The notes beneath the pieces were generated by a model. That model was given only the letters and a program-made list of their open reading frames with translations, did not search any database and had not been told where the DNA came from. From IMG/VR virus record IMGVR_UViG_2524614649_000001: DNA of 64,000 bases; one strand, written 5' to 3'. Positions 8,938 through 17,881 of this stretch are shown here, piece by piece. The translations under genes and the position numbers were made by a program. The number at the start of each line of letters is the position of its first letter. Position 1 is the stretch's first letter. Source of the DNA: a virus. Its lineage: Duplodnaviria > Caudoviricetes.

Positions 8938-9268
8938 GGGTGGTGATCTCTTTCTGGAGACGCTCGACGGCGTCGAAGAAGATGGCATCGTTCCGGAGCA
9001 GCTCGCGAGCGCGGCGCCAGCCGGTGTGGATCGAAGAAGGATCGCAGCCGTAGAGCTTGGCGATCTTGGGCTGGGACCAGCCTGCCTCGGTGTTTAGGAC
9101 GTGGGCGACGGCCCAGCGGGCGCGGGAGATGTTGCCGTTGCGGCGCTTCGGGTTCTGGATCGATCCCTGCGGGATGTCGAACCAGCGTTCGGCAAACGTA
9201 ATGAGGCGGGAGCCAAGCTCCCGCCTCACGTTGGCGGCCACGGCGGGGGAAGTGACCGCCAGCTGCAT
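8930..9268 (-). CDS. DnaA C-terminal (domain IV) helix-turn-helix protein
   Basis: KRRNGNISRARWAVAHVL...SQPKIAKLYGCDPSSIHTGWRR parallels DnaA R..AR.IAMYL...SLP.IG..FGGRDHTTV. Confidence 0.8.
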   Translation of the reverse strand: MQLAVTSPAVAANVRRELGSRLITFAERWFDIPQGSIQNPKRRNGNISRARWAVAHVLNTEAGWSQPKIAKLYGCDPSSIHTGWRRARELLRNDAIFFDAVERLQKEITTHA

Positions 9269-9969
9269 TACGCGAGCAGCTCGAAGTTGATCACGCCCCA
9301 TTCGTTGTTGTTACGGTTGGTCTTCTTCTCGTGAACGAGCTTGACCTTCACCGTGTCCTGCAACAGGTCGGGGTTCGACTGACGCAGACGGCGCATGAAC
9401 GACTGGAACGGCTTGAAGCCGGTGACCGACGGGGTCAGGCCAACGCGGGTTTCCGCGTCAATCTTCACCGACGAGCCCTTCTTCGGGTCATCGAGGTCGT
9501 CGACCAGGACGCACGGGATTTCCGCGGTCTGGTAGATGCCCGAGGACTTCTGGTTGATCCGGGCGAGGCGATCGACCTCGGCCTGGAAGTTCTTGCCGTC
9601 GGGCGTCGAGACGCCGTCGTAGCTCTTGATGAAGGTGGTGTTGCCACCGCTTTCGAAGCGCGCCGAGTAGATCGGCAGGACTTCGGTCAGGTCGATCTCG
9701 ACGATCAGCTCGTCGATCAGACCCTGCATGGTGTCGCCGACCTTGAAGCCTTCCGCCTTCACGCGGAAGTATTCGTCGACGTCCATGCCGCCGCTGTCGA
9801 TGAAGTCAGCCATCGACGGCTTGGCGAGCGCCCCGACACTGTTCTGGTTTGCGGCGGTCGGCAGAACGGCCGGGGCGGTCCCGACGCCCGGCACTGCCGG
9901 AGCCTGGAAGTTGCCGGCGGCGGCCTCGGCCTGAGCCATCACGTTGTCGAGAGCAGAAGCATTGGTCAT
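9268..9969 (-). CDS. Putative single-stranded DNA-binding protein
   Basis: Position in the replication module and beta-rich aromatic pattern; no diagnostic motif. Confidence 0.5.
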   Translation of the reverse strand: MTNASALDNVMAQAEAAAGNFQAPAVPGVGTAPAVLPTAANQNSVGALAKPSMADFIDSGGMDVDEYFRVKAEGFKVGDTMQGLIDELIVEIDLTEVLPIYSARFESGGNTTFIKSYDGVSTPDGKNFQAEVDRLARINQKSSGIYQTAEIPCVLVDDLDDPKKGSSVKIDAETRVGLTPSVTGFKPFQSFMRRLRQSNPDLLQDTVKVKLVHEKKTNRNNNEWGVINFELLA

Positions 9970-10074
9970 ATAAATGTCTTTCGTTTCTGAATTGGAGCGA
10001 CGTTGCTCGAAAGTCTCATTGAGCCTCGGCGCTCTAATTTTCCAATGTTGTTGAAGAAGTGACTGAGTCAGATG

Positions 10075-11778
10075 CTACCAGAATTGGAGCACCTTACGGG
10101 TATCATCGACGCGGGCCGCGAGCTGCGACTTGCTCGACAGGATGTCGAGCTTCCGGAAGTCGATGGAGTTGCGATAAACCAGCGACGAGACGCGCAGGAT
10201 AGTCGTGCGCGACCCGCGGCTGGCGCGGCGGTATGCTTGGACGAAGTTCACGTCCTTGTAGTCCCAGGAGACGCCGACGACGTGGTCAGCGCGCTCCCAA
10301 TTATAGCCCACGGCCACAGTGGGACCGGAGCCGACGATGGCGTCGAGCTTTCCGTTGCGGAAATCCCGATCAATCGCACCGCGCATGGCGGTGGAGACGT
10401 TGGCGTTGATGAGCCCGACCTTGAGGCCGCACTCCTGCAACCGGACGACGCAGCGTTCCTGCTCGGCCTGCGCCGCGGAGAAGACCAGCAGCGGCCGGCC
10501 CTCAACGGCGTATTCCATCAGGCGCCGGTCCTTCGCGGTCACCTCGCCCTTGGCCAGCCCCATAGTTTCGGGGTGGGCCATGATCTGCGTCGCGCGGATC
10601 ACCGCGACGCCCGGCAGCGAGCCGTCGAGGATGCGGCCGTCTTCGAGCTCGAGCATCGCCTGCTCGTGGAACTCGTCGTAGGCCGCCTGCTGCTCGGGGA
10701 ACATGTCGAGCGTGGTCTCTTCGATCGGCGTGAAGTAGACCGGTTCCTTGCCGTAGACCTCTTCGAAGTCGTGCCTGACGGCGTGGCGGCCGAGGATGCC
10801 CTTGAGCTTTTCCTCGTTCTTCCACGTCTCGACCTTGCCGAAGTCGTTGATCCACGCGGCGTGCTCATGGTGGAACCCGGGCAGGCCACCATAGTAGCGC
10901 GGCTCGATCGCGTGGATAACGGGGAAGGCGCTGTCGAGCCGGCCGTCGATCAGGGTGCCGGTCATGCCGAGCAATCCCTGGCAGTGGTTGGCGACATGGT
11001 AGAAGCTGGTCGTCTGCTCGGAACCCGGCGTCGAATAGCCCATGTGGAGCTCGTCGATCCCGAAGCCGCCAATCGTCGGCCAGACCTTCAGCAGCCGCTC
11101 GTAATTGTTGCGGAGGAAGGCGAAGGTGCAGATGAACACCTTCGGATCGTCGACGTGCTTATATTTGCGCGGCGCGACCTTGATCTTCGGCGACTTGATA
11201 AGGTCCGCCGCTTCCTCTTCGACCTTGACCTCGTCGAACATCGGCTTGCCGTCGGGACCGGCCAGCACCTTGACGCGGATGCCGGGCAGATCGTTCGCCG
11301 CGAACGGCGCCTTGCTGCCGAGCGGCCGCATCTGGCCGTCGTCATTGACCTCGACGATGTCGTCATCGGGGCGGTGGGTCTTGATCTCGTGCGCCGTCGT
11401 CGGCGGGCCGACGATGGCGAGGTCGTGATCGAGGATGCGAACGCGCGGCGTCCGGATCGTCTTGGTCCGCCAGAAGGTCGGGCCGGTCCAGCTCTTCTTC
11501 AGCGGCTCGAAGTCGCTCTCGAGGATGACGACATCCTCGGGGGCGAAGTCGGTGAAGCGGAGCAGCTCGTCGCGGTTCTTCTCCATCAGCGACTTCGGCA
11601 TCGCCCAGATCGTCCGCCAGCCCTTGCGCGCCCACCAGTAGTAGAAGAGCACGCAGGCGGTCGGCGTCTTGCCGGTGCCGGGGTCGGACAGGTTGAGCGA
11701 CTTGGGGTTCGCGATGTGGAAGCCCAGGTCGGTGACCTGGTAGCCACGCAGGGTCGGCTTGGCGTTATTGTCGTTCAT
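10075..11778 (-). CDS. Superfamily 2 (SNF2-like) DNA helicase
   Basis: LRGYQ, PGTGKT, DELH, MTGT, QAYRRASR. Confidence 0.93.
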   Translation of the reverse strand: MNDNNAKPTLRGYQVTDLGFHIANPKSLNLSDPGTGKTPTACVLFYYWWARKGWRTIWAMPKSLMEKNRDELLRFTDFAPEDVVILESDFEPLKKSWTGPTFWRTKTIRTPRVRILDHDLAIVGPPTTAHEIKTHRPDDDIVEVNDDGQMRPLGSKAPFAANDLPGIRVKVLAGPDGKPMFDEVKVEEEAADLIKSPKIKVAPRKYKHVDDPKVFICTFAFLRNNYERLLKVWPTIGGFGIDELHMGYSTPGSEQTTSFYHVANHCQGLLGMTGTLIDGRLDSAFPVIHAIEPRYYGGLPGFHHEHAAWINDFGKVETWKNEEKLKGILGRHAVRHDFEEVYGKEPVYFTPIEETTLDMFPEQQAAYDEFHEQAMLELEDGRILDGSLPGVAVIRATQIMAHPETMGLAKGEVTAKDRRLMEYAVEGRPLLVFSAAQAEQERCVVRLQECGLKVGLINANVSTAMRGAIDRDFRNGKLDAIVGSGPTVAVGYNWERADHVVGVSWDYKDVNFVQAYRRASRGSRTTILRVSSLVYRNSIDFRKLDILSSKSQLAARVDDTRKVLQFW

Positions 11779-12079
11779 GGGCCATCCTGATCAGGGCGAT
11801 GATCGCCGCGAGCGCGCCGATCTGCTGGCGCTCCCATTGCTCGTGGGCGAGGTGATCGAAGACAGCCTCGGTGACGCCGCACTCCCAATAGGGGTCGGAC
11901 TTCTCGAGGCGGTCATACATGTGTTCGGGAAGCGGCTTGCCCTTCGAGCCGTCGCGCTTCATCCAATAGAGCGTGTCGACCCCGGCATCGTCGTCTGTCG
12001 ACCAGCCGTCGCCGCGTGTGAACCACACGTCGGCGATGACCGGCAGGCCGCCGAGGATCGTCGCGGGGCCGCTAGGCAC
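11765..12079 (-). CDS. Hypothetical protein
   Basis: Coupled ORF in the operon. Confidence 0.65.
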   Translation of the reverse strand: MPSGPATILGGLPVIADVWFTRGDGWSTDDDAGVDTLYWMKRDGSKGKPLPEHMYDRLEKSDPYWECGVTEAVFDHLAHEQWERQQIGALAAIIALIRMAHERQ

Positions 12080-12254
12080 CGAGCACCTTGTCGATTTCGT
12101 CGATCAAATTGTGCGCGGCATATTGCAGGTCGTCGACCGGGGTGTGTCCGTCGCCGAAGCCGTGGCTTTCGACAGGGTTGCCGCAGCAGCACACGCCGCT
12201 CTCAAGCGGCGCGCTGATGAGGAACTCGCGGATGCGCTTGAGAAGGTCCTCCAT
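12072..12254 (-). CDS. Hypothetical protein with a CCCG motif
   Basis: Coupled ORF. Confidence 0.6.
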   Translation of the reverse strand: MEDLLKRIREFLISAPLESGVCCCGNPVESHGFGDGHTPVDDLQYAAHNLIDEIDKVLGA

Positions 12255-12451
12255 CAGCGCATCCTCTCGACAATACGGGCGAGGATGATGGTCACGTCGT
12301 CGATGTTCTTGACCGCGCCGATCGCGCGCATCAGGGCGTCTTTCTTGTGACGGTCGACGATGGTCATCATCCCCTCGCCGGTTCGCTCGCGCTCGGCGCG
12401 AACCTCGGCGGCAGATGGCAGGGTCTCAAGCAGTTCGAGAACGCGCGACAT
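12254..12451 (-). CDS. Hypothetical protein
   Basis: Coupled ORF. Confidence 0.6.
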   Translation of the reverse strand: MSRVLELLETLPSAAEVRAERERTGEGMMTIVDRHKKDALMRAIGAVKNIDDVTIILARIVERMR

Positions 12452-12671
12452 AATTTCTCCACAGCCCCCAGATGCTGACCCCGCCGTAGAAGGCGTTGAT
12501 CATCAGGGTGGGCAGATTGAATTGTTCGAAGAGCGACGACAGCACGAGCGCCGCCGCGACGATGTTGAGAACGAGGTAGGCCGGGCCGTCAGAGACGACC
12601 CGGCCGGTTACGAGCAGCCCGTAGTTCAGCATGCCCAAGAGCACGCCGATCATGCCGGCTGCGACGAGCAC
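12426..12671 (-). CDS. Small multi-TM protein (CBU_0592-like)
   Basis: Three hydrophobic helices; YLVLNIVAA...FNLP...N.F pattern. Confidence 0.7.
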   Translation of the reverse strand: MLVAAGMIGVLLGMLNYGLLVTGRVVSDGPAYLVLNIVAAALVLSSLFEQFNLPTLMINAFYGGVSIWGLWRNYVARSRTA

Positions 12672-13277
12672 TTAGCGGTTGTCTCCGTCGCCCTGGAGGA
12701 CGCCGCGCGCCTTGCGGTCGAGCAGCTTCTCGGCGTTGCCCGCCGCGATGGTCGACAGGTCGGTGCCGAGCAGCGCCGCCTTAACCACCAAGTTGGCCAG
12801 TTGGTCGAAGAGCAACGCCTTGAGCTCTTCGCGGCGGGCGTCGGACAGACCCTGCTCGGTCAGCGTTCCAGCTTCGACATTGATCTGGATCGCGCCCAGC
12901 CCGTCGTCGCGGACGGCCTTCCCGACCAGCTCGGCGAAGCGACAGGCGACCTTGGCGCCAACCAGCGCGTGGGTGTATGTCGAGCCGACATGGCCTTCCA
13001 ACCCGAAGGTGAAGCCTTCGAGATCGTCCCTGCCCGCGACCTCGGCGAGCGTCGTGCCAAGTTCACGGGCCTTGGCTGCGAGATACCACAGTTCATCGCC
13101 GACTTCCTTGGTCAGTGCCTTCACCGGCACGAACGGTTCGTCGACGAGGTGCCCGGCGAACTCGCCAGCTTCGCCCGCGCCCTTCAGCGCGACATACATC
13201 AGGCCGAGCGGGCCGCCCTGGCCAGGGTAGACGGCGGTCGACAGGGCGGCCGCTTCATATTCAGAAAAGGTTTTCAA
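12672..13277 (-). CDS. mazG: MazG-like NTP pyrophosphohydrolase with an internal duplication
   Basis: GEAGE...KEVGDELWY; C-terminal NAEKLLDRKARGVLQGDGDNR. Confidence 0.85.
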   Translation of the reverse strand: MKTFSEYEAAALSTAVYPGQGGPLGLMYVALKGAGEAGEFAGHLVDEPFVPVKALTKEVGDELWYLAAKARELGTTLAEVAGRDDLEGFTFGLEGHVGSTYTHALVGAKVACRFAELVGKAVRDDGLGAIQINVEAGTLTEQGLSDARREELKALLFDQLANLVVKAALLGTDLSTIAAGNAEKLLDRKARGVLQGDGDNR

Positions 13278-13834
13278 CGGGAAAGCTCCTCATAGCGTTC
13301 GAGAAAGCGGTAGGTGGCCAGATCGGCCGGCCACGGCGTCAGGTCGACGCGCGGCTTGAGGTGGCTGACGTCCCCGACGTAATCGAGGATCGCCCAGTTG
13401 CTGTGGTCGTTCGGAAGGAGCTCTTCCTTCTCGAGCTTCAGCATCTGGTCGTCGACCAGGCGAACCTCGGGCGGCAGCGGGTAGCTGAAGTTGAACAGCC
13501 GAGACATCGCGCCCTCGATGCGCGTCTCCAGCTCCTTGAAGCCGGGGATTTTGCTCTTCATCGGGCGGGGGATGTCGTTCGTGAACGCCTCGGCCGTGTC
13601 GTGCATGAGGGCGTCGAACTCGAAGCCCTCGGCGACGATGTAGCTCGCGTTCACCGCGTGCTGCGCCACCGAGTAGAAGTGGCGGCACTGGCCGGCGAAG
13701 CGGCAGATTTTCCCCAAGCCCTCGGCGATGTCCTGGACGGCGACGTCGGAGAGGTGGGGATTGTCGTAATCGAACATCACGCCCGAGAAGAGCCTGATGC
13801 CCGCCGACAGCGGGATTGTGACGGGTGCGTTCAT
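13274..13834 (-). CDS. HD-domain 5'-deoxynucleotidase (YfdR/YfbR-like)
   Basis: DIAEGLGKICRFAG...YSVAQH, LMHD, D..ML..E; ATG at 13834 with GGAG RBS. Confidence 0.88.
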   Translation of the reverse strand: MNAPVTIPLSAGIRLFSGVMFDYDNPHLSDVAVQDIAEGLGKICRFAGQCRHFYSVAQHAVNASYIVAEGFEFDALMHDTAEAFTNDIPRPMKSKIPGFKELETRIEGAMSRLFNFSYPLPPEVRLVDDQMLKLEKEELLPNDHSNWAILDYVGDVSHLKPRVDLTPWPADLATYRFLERYEELSR

Positions 13835-13852
13835 GTGTGCTCCAAATGCAAT

Positions 13853-13884
13853 GGAGCCCCGGCAGTTAGGCCCGCCGGGGCTCC
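13853..13884 (-). terminator. 11-bp stem-loop after nrdB
   Basis: GGAGCCCCGGC-N10-GCCGGGGCTCC followed by ATTGCATTT on the minus strand. Confidence 0.55.
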
Positions 13885-13896
13885 ATGTCTCAAGCG

Positions 13897-14892
13897 TCAG
13901 GGCAACTGACTGGGTCTCTTGTCGAAACGGCTCCAGCTGTCCTGCCAGTTGCCGCTCACCGCCGCCTTCGAGTATTCCGTCGCGCGGTTCTCGAAGAAGT
14001 TGGTGTGCTCGACCCCGTTGAGCAGCGGGATCAGCCACGGCAGCGGATGCTCGGTGATGCCGAAGATCGGCGCCATCTTGAGCTGCTGCAGACGCCAGTC
14101 GGTGATGAACCGGACATAACGCTTCACGTCGCCCGCGGTCATCCCCTCGACCGGCCCCATCGCGAAGGCCAGGTCAACGAAGGCGTCTTCCATCTCGACC
14201 ACCTTGACGGCGTGCTCGCGGATGCGCTCGATCACCGTCGGCGTCAGCGCGCCGGTCTCGCGAGCGAACTCGTGGAACAGGCGGATGATGCCTTCGCAGT
14301 GCAGGCTCTCGTCGCGGACGGACCAGCTGACGATCTGCCCCATGCCCTTCATCTTGTTGAAGCGCGGGAAGTTCATCAGCATGGCGAACGAGGCGAAGAG
14401 CTGCACGCCCTCGGTGAAGCCACCGAACATCGCCAGCGTCGTCAGGATGTCCTCGTTCGAGGACATGCTGAACTGCTGCCCATAATCATGTTTCTCCTTC
14501 ATGGCCTCGTATTCCATGAAGGCTTGGTATTCGGCTTCCGGCATCCCGACGGTATCGAGCAGGTGGCTGTAGGCCGCGATGTGGATCGTCTCCATCGCGC
14601 TGAACGAGGTGAGCATCATCTGCACCTCGGTCGGTTTGAAGACGCCCAGATACCGCTGCATGTAGCAGCTGGCGACGTCGATGTCGGCTTGGGTGAAGAA
14701 GCGGAAAATCTGCGTGAGCAGGTTCTTTTCGGCGGGAGTGACGTTCTGCGCCCAGTCACGCACGTCCTCGCCAAGGGGGACTTCCTCGGGGAGCCAGTGG
14801 ATCTGATTTTGCAGCTTCCAATAGTCGAACGCGAAGGGATAGCGGAACGGCTTGTAGGCCGTCGATGCGGTCAGCAGACCGGGCTTAGACAC
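13897..14892 (-). CDS. nrdB: Ribonucleotide reductase class I beta subunit
   Basis: FFTQAD, ETIH, EGVQLF, RDESLH, NFFE; GTG start at 14892 with GGAG (ATG at 14907 is an alternative). Confidence 0.96.
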   Translation of the reverse strand: MSKPGLLTASTAYKPFRYPFAFDYWKLQNQIHWLPEEVPLGEDVRDWAQNVTPAEKNLLTQIFRFFTQADIDVASCYMQRYLGVFKPTEVQMMLTSFSAMETIHIAAYSHLLDTVGMPEAEYQAFMEYEAMKEKHDYGQQFSMSSNEDILTTLAMFGGFTEGVQLFASFAMLMNFPRFNKMKGMGQIVSWSVRDESLHCEGIIRLFHEFARETGALTPTVIERIREHAVKVVEMEDAFVDLAFAMGPVEGMTAGDVKRYVRFITDWRLQQLKMAPIFGITEHPLPWLIPLLNGVEHTNFFENRATEYSKAAVSGNWQDSWSRFDKRPSQLP

Positions 14893-15340
14893 GGGCAAAT
14901 TCTCCATGATATTTGTGGGCGGCTGCGGTGTAGGCCGCGTGGGCCTCTTCCGAGGTTTCGAAGGTTCCGAGGTAGTGGCGTGCGCCGTTGTCGTCCCTGA
15001 TGCGGGCGCTGAAGCGCCCGCTGGGCTTTTCTTGAACCCCTTTGAGACCAACCGAGTTGGTCTTTTTCATGCAGCTGTTCTGGGCGTTCCGGCGCTGGAC
15101 GGTGACACGCAAGTTTTTGCGGCGGCAATCAAATGTATCGCCGTTCACATGATCAACCACTGTTCCCGGTTTTGCTTTGAGCAGCCAACGATGAAGGTCG
15201 ACGTGTCCTTCACCGCGGATGAACGATCGGAAATAGGCCCGTCCATCCGCGTGTCTGCTCTCGGTCCAATTGTAGAAGAAGGCGGCACGCCAATCCCCGT
15301 CATCGACGAGAACGGGCGTGCCGGAGGAGGCAAATATCAC
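14885..15340 (-). CDS. HNH-AP2 free-standing homing endonuclease
   Basis: LHR...VDHVNGDTFDCRRKNLR plus an AP2 domain (KGV..KPSGRFSARI...YLGTFETSEEA..AY); GTGA overlap with the nrdA stop; AT-richer codons. Confidence 0.92.
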   Translation of the reverse strand: MIFASSGTPVLVDDGDWRAAFFYNWTESRHADGRAYFRSFIRGEGHVDLHRWLLKAKPGTVVDHVNGDTFDCRRKNLRVTVQRRNAQNSCMKKTNSVGLKGVQEKPSGRFSARIRDDNGARHYLGTFETSEEAHAAYTAAAHKYHGEFARV

Positions 15341-17109
15341 TGACACGCAAGACACTCGTCGAAGTCGATCGGGGCCGCGATCACCTTCGGCTTATCGAGC
15401 GTGTTATCGGCGTCGACAGACCCCGCGAATGCCGCCCGCTTGGCGGAGCGGCTTCTCAGGTAGTAGAGGGACTTGATGCCCAGCTCCCATGCACGGAAGT
15501 GGAGCATCAGGAGCTGCCACACGTCGACGTTCGGCGGGAGGAAGATGTTGTTCGACGCCGCCTGGTCGATGAAGTCCGTACGATCGGCGGCGAGCTCCAG
15601 GAGCCAACGCTGGTCGATCTCGAAGCTCGTCTTGAAGACGTCAGCATCAGGCAGATCGAGATGCTGGACCGAACCCTCGTGTTCGAGGATCGAGTTCCAG
15701 ACCGCGTCGGTGTTCTTGCCCTCGGTCTCGAGCACGCGCTCGAGGTGCGGGTTCTTGACAACGTAGCTGCCCGACAGCGTCTTGTGGGTGTAGATGTTCG
15801 CCGGGATCGGTTCGATGCAGGCGCTGGTCCCGCCGCAGATGATGCTGATCGACGCCGTGGGCGCGATCGCCATCTTGCAGCTGAACCGTTCCATCACGCC
15901 AGCATCGGCAGCGTCAGGGCAGGGGCCACGTTCGCCGGCCAGCACCAGGCTGGCGCGATCGGCGGCGGCGCGGATGTGGCGGAAGAAGCGCATGTTCCAG
16001 CTCTTGGCCATCGCGCTTTCCATCGGGATGCCGCGCGACTGCAGGAAGCTGTGGAAGCCCATGACGCCGAGACCGACCGAGCGTTCGCGCGCTGCCGAAT
16101 AGGCGGCCCGGGCCATGCTCGGTTCGGCGCGCTCGATGTAGTCGGTGAGGACGTTGTCGAGGAAGCGCATGACGTCTTCGATGAACTGCTCGTCGCCGTT
16201 CCACTGATCCCACGTTTCGAGGTTCAGCGAGGACAGGCAGCAGACGGCCGTGCGATCGTTGCCGAGATGGTCGCGGCCGGTCGGCAGCGTGATCTCCGAG
16301 CATAAATTGCTGGTGGTCACCTTCAAGCCAAGCTGGCGGTGATGCTCGGGCATCGCCTTGTTCACATGGTCGATGAAGACGATGTAGGGCTCGCCGGTCG
16401 CAAGGCGGGTCTCGACCAGCTTCTGGAACAGCGTGCGGGCGTGGACTTCGCCGCGCTTCGACCCGTCGCGGGGCGAGCGGAGCGGGAACATCCGGTCGTC
16501 GCGGACGGCTTCCATGAAGGCGTCGGTGACCAGCACGCCGTGGTGCAGGTTCAGCGCCTTGCGGTTGAAGTCGCCGCTGGCCTTCCGGATTTCGAGAAAC
16601 TCTTCGATCTCGGGGTGGTCGATCTGGATGTAGACCGCCGCCGAGCCGCGCCGCAGCGAGCCCTGGCTGATCGCGAGGGTCAGGCTGTCCATGACGCGGA
16701 CGAACGGAACGATGCCGCTGGTCTTGCCGACGTCGCCGACCTTCTCGCCGATGCCGCGGACATTGCCCCAGAAGGTGCCGATGCCGCCGCCGCGCGAGGC
16801 GAGCCAGACGTTTTCGTTCCAGGTGTTGACGATGCCGTCGAGGCTGTCGTCGACCGAATTGAGGTAGCAGCTGATGGGCAGGCCGCGGCCGGTGCCGCCG
16901 TTCGACAGAACGGGCGTGGCGGGCATGAACCAGAGCTTGGAGATGGCGTCGTAGAGACGCTGGGCGTGGGCGTCGTCGTCAGCGTAGGCCGAGGCGACAC
17001 GGGCGAAAAGGTCTTGCGGGCCTTCACCCGGAAGCAGGTAGCGGTCCTTGAGGGTCTCCTTGCCGAAATCAGTCAGCAAGGCGTCCCGAGAATGGTCGAT
17101 CTGGACCAT
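15337..17109 (-). CDS. nrdA: Ribonucleotide reductase class I alpha subunit (no ATP cone)
   Basis: PATPVLSN, SC, SNLCSEI, IAPTASIS, KSLYY, C-terminal CLAC. Confidence 0.97.
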   Translation of the reverse strand: MVQIDHSRDALLTDFGKETLKDRYLLPGEGPQDLFARVASAYADDDAHAQRLYDAISKLWFMPATPVLSNGGTGRGLPISCYLNSVDDSLDGIVNTWNENVWLASRGGGIGTFWGNVRGIGEKVGDVGKTSGIVPFVRVMDSLTLAISQGSLRRGSAAVYIQIDHPEIEEFLEIRKASGDFNRKALNLHHGVLVTDAFMEAVRDDRMFPLRSPRDGSKRGEVHARTLFQKLVETRLATGEPYIVFIDHVNKAMPEHHRQLGLKVTTSNLCSEITLPTGRDHLGNDRTAVCCLSSLNLETWDQWNGDEQFIEDVMRFLDNVLTDYIERAEPSMARAAYSAARERSVGLGVMGFHSFLQSRGIPMESAMAKSWNMRFFRHIRAAADRASLVLAGERGPCPDAADAGVMERFSCKMAIAPTASISIICGGTSACIEPIPANIYTHKTLSGSYVVKNPHLERVLETEGKNTDAVWNSILEHEGSVQHLDLPDADVFKTSFEIDQRWLLELAADRTDFIDQAASNNIFLPPNVDVWQLLMLHFRAWELGIKSLYYLRSRSAKRAAFAGSVDADNTLDKPKVIAAPIDFDECLACQ

Positions 17110-17195
17110 GCGGCGGTTCTCCTAAATAGGCGTGAACCGACGCTAGTAAGCGGGGGCGGGACGAAGTGTCCCACCCCCATTGACGAGTGACTGGG

Positions 17196-17390
17196 TTACT
17201 TGGCGGTGGTGGACCGCTTCGTGGCGTAGTGCTGGTTAAGCACGGTGTTGATCCGCGCCACCATGCGCGGGGGAAGCTGCTTTTTCTTGAGCTCTTCCAG
17301 GTCCATAATAGCAGCGCCCCGAGCGAGTTGTCGCTCGGAGCGCCTGAAACGATGGACTGCTTTGAAGTAGGTGGTCAGATGTTCAAGCAA
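17196..17390 (-). CDS. Small basic hypothetical protein
   Basis: ORF in the control region. Confidence 0.5.
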   Translation of the reverse strand: MLEHLTTYFKAVHRFRRSERQLARGAAIMDLEELKKKQLPPRMVARINTVLNQHYATKRSTTAK

Positions 17391-17881
17391 CGGCGCACCT
17401 TTTCGAATTGCTCCGCGGACAGAAGATTGCGGAGCATCATGACCGTGAAGTCCTGACCTGTCGAGGCCGCGAGGCGCTCGAGTTGCGATAAACGGAAGTC
17501 GTGCTGGCCACCGCGCTGCGAGGCCAGCAGCTGCTGGGCCTGCGTGAGACCCGTATCGCGCGACACCTCGAGCTGGTGCCGGCCGGGGGCGTTGCGGTAG
17601 TCGTAGACGACGTTCGCCATATTGTTGCGGAAGGTGCGACTGGCATCAGACAGCCGCGGCGGCGTAGATTGCGGATCGGGGGTATACTCGATGCCGTATT
17701 CGGCAGCTAGGCGTCGAGTGGCCTTACGGCAGTAGTCAGGCTCAAGGCCCTCCAGCTCGGCGATTGCTGCGACCGGGCGGCCTTGACGCATTGCCGTGAT
17801 GATGCGTTCATCACGTTCATCCAACAGGGTTTTCCGCTGATCGCCCCTGCTAACTTCTGTCCGTTTCTCCACTCCAAACAT
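17375..17881 (-). CDS. Putative transcriptional regulator (N-terminal HTH plus XRE-like HTH)
   Basis: VAAIAELEGLEPDYCRK and QLEVSRDTGLTQAQ...DFRLSQLERLA patterns. Confidence 0.65.
   Translation of the reverse strand: MFGVEKRTEVSRGDQRKTLLDERDERIITAMRQGRPVAAIAELEGLEPDYCRKATRRLAAEYGIEYTPDPQSTPPRLSDASRTFRNNMANVVYDYRNAPGRHQLEVSRDTGLTQAQQLLASQRGGQHDFRLSQLERLAASTGQDFTVMMLRNLLSAEQFEKVRRCLNI

Noticed and set aside
12672-13834. Z-genome (mazZ/datZ/dpoZ) cluster
   Set aside because: No PurZ/PurA-like gene in the window and the HD protein is YfdR-type; not excluded for the rest of the genome
5036-17109. Inteins or introns in polA, helicase and nrdA/B
   Set aside because: No C/S...HN-C/S/T splice junctions or split frames; the HNH gene is free-standing
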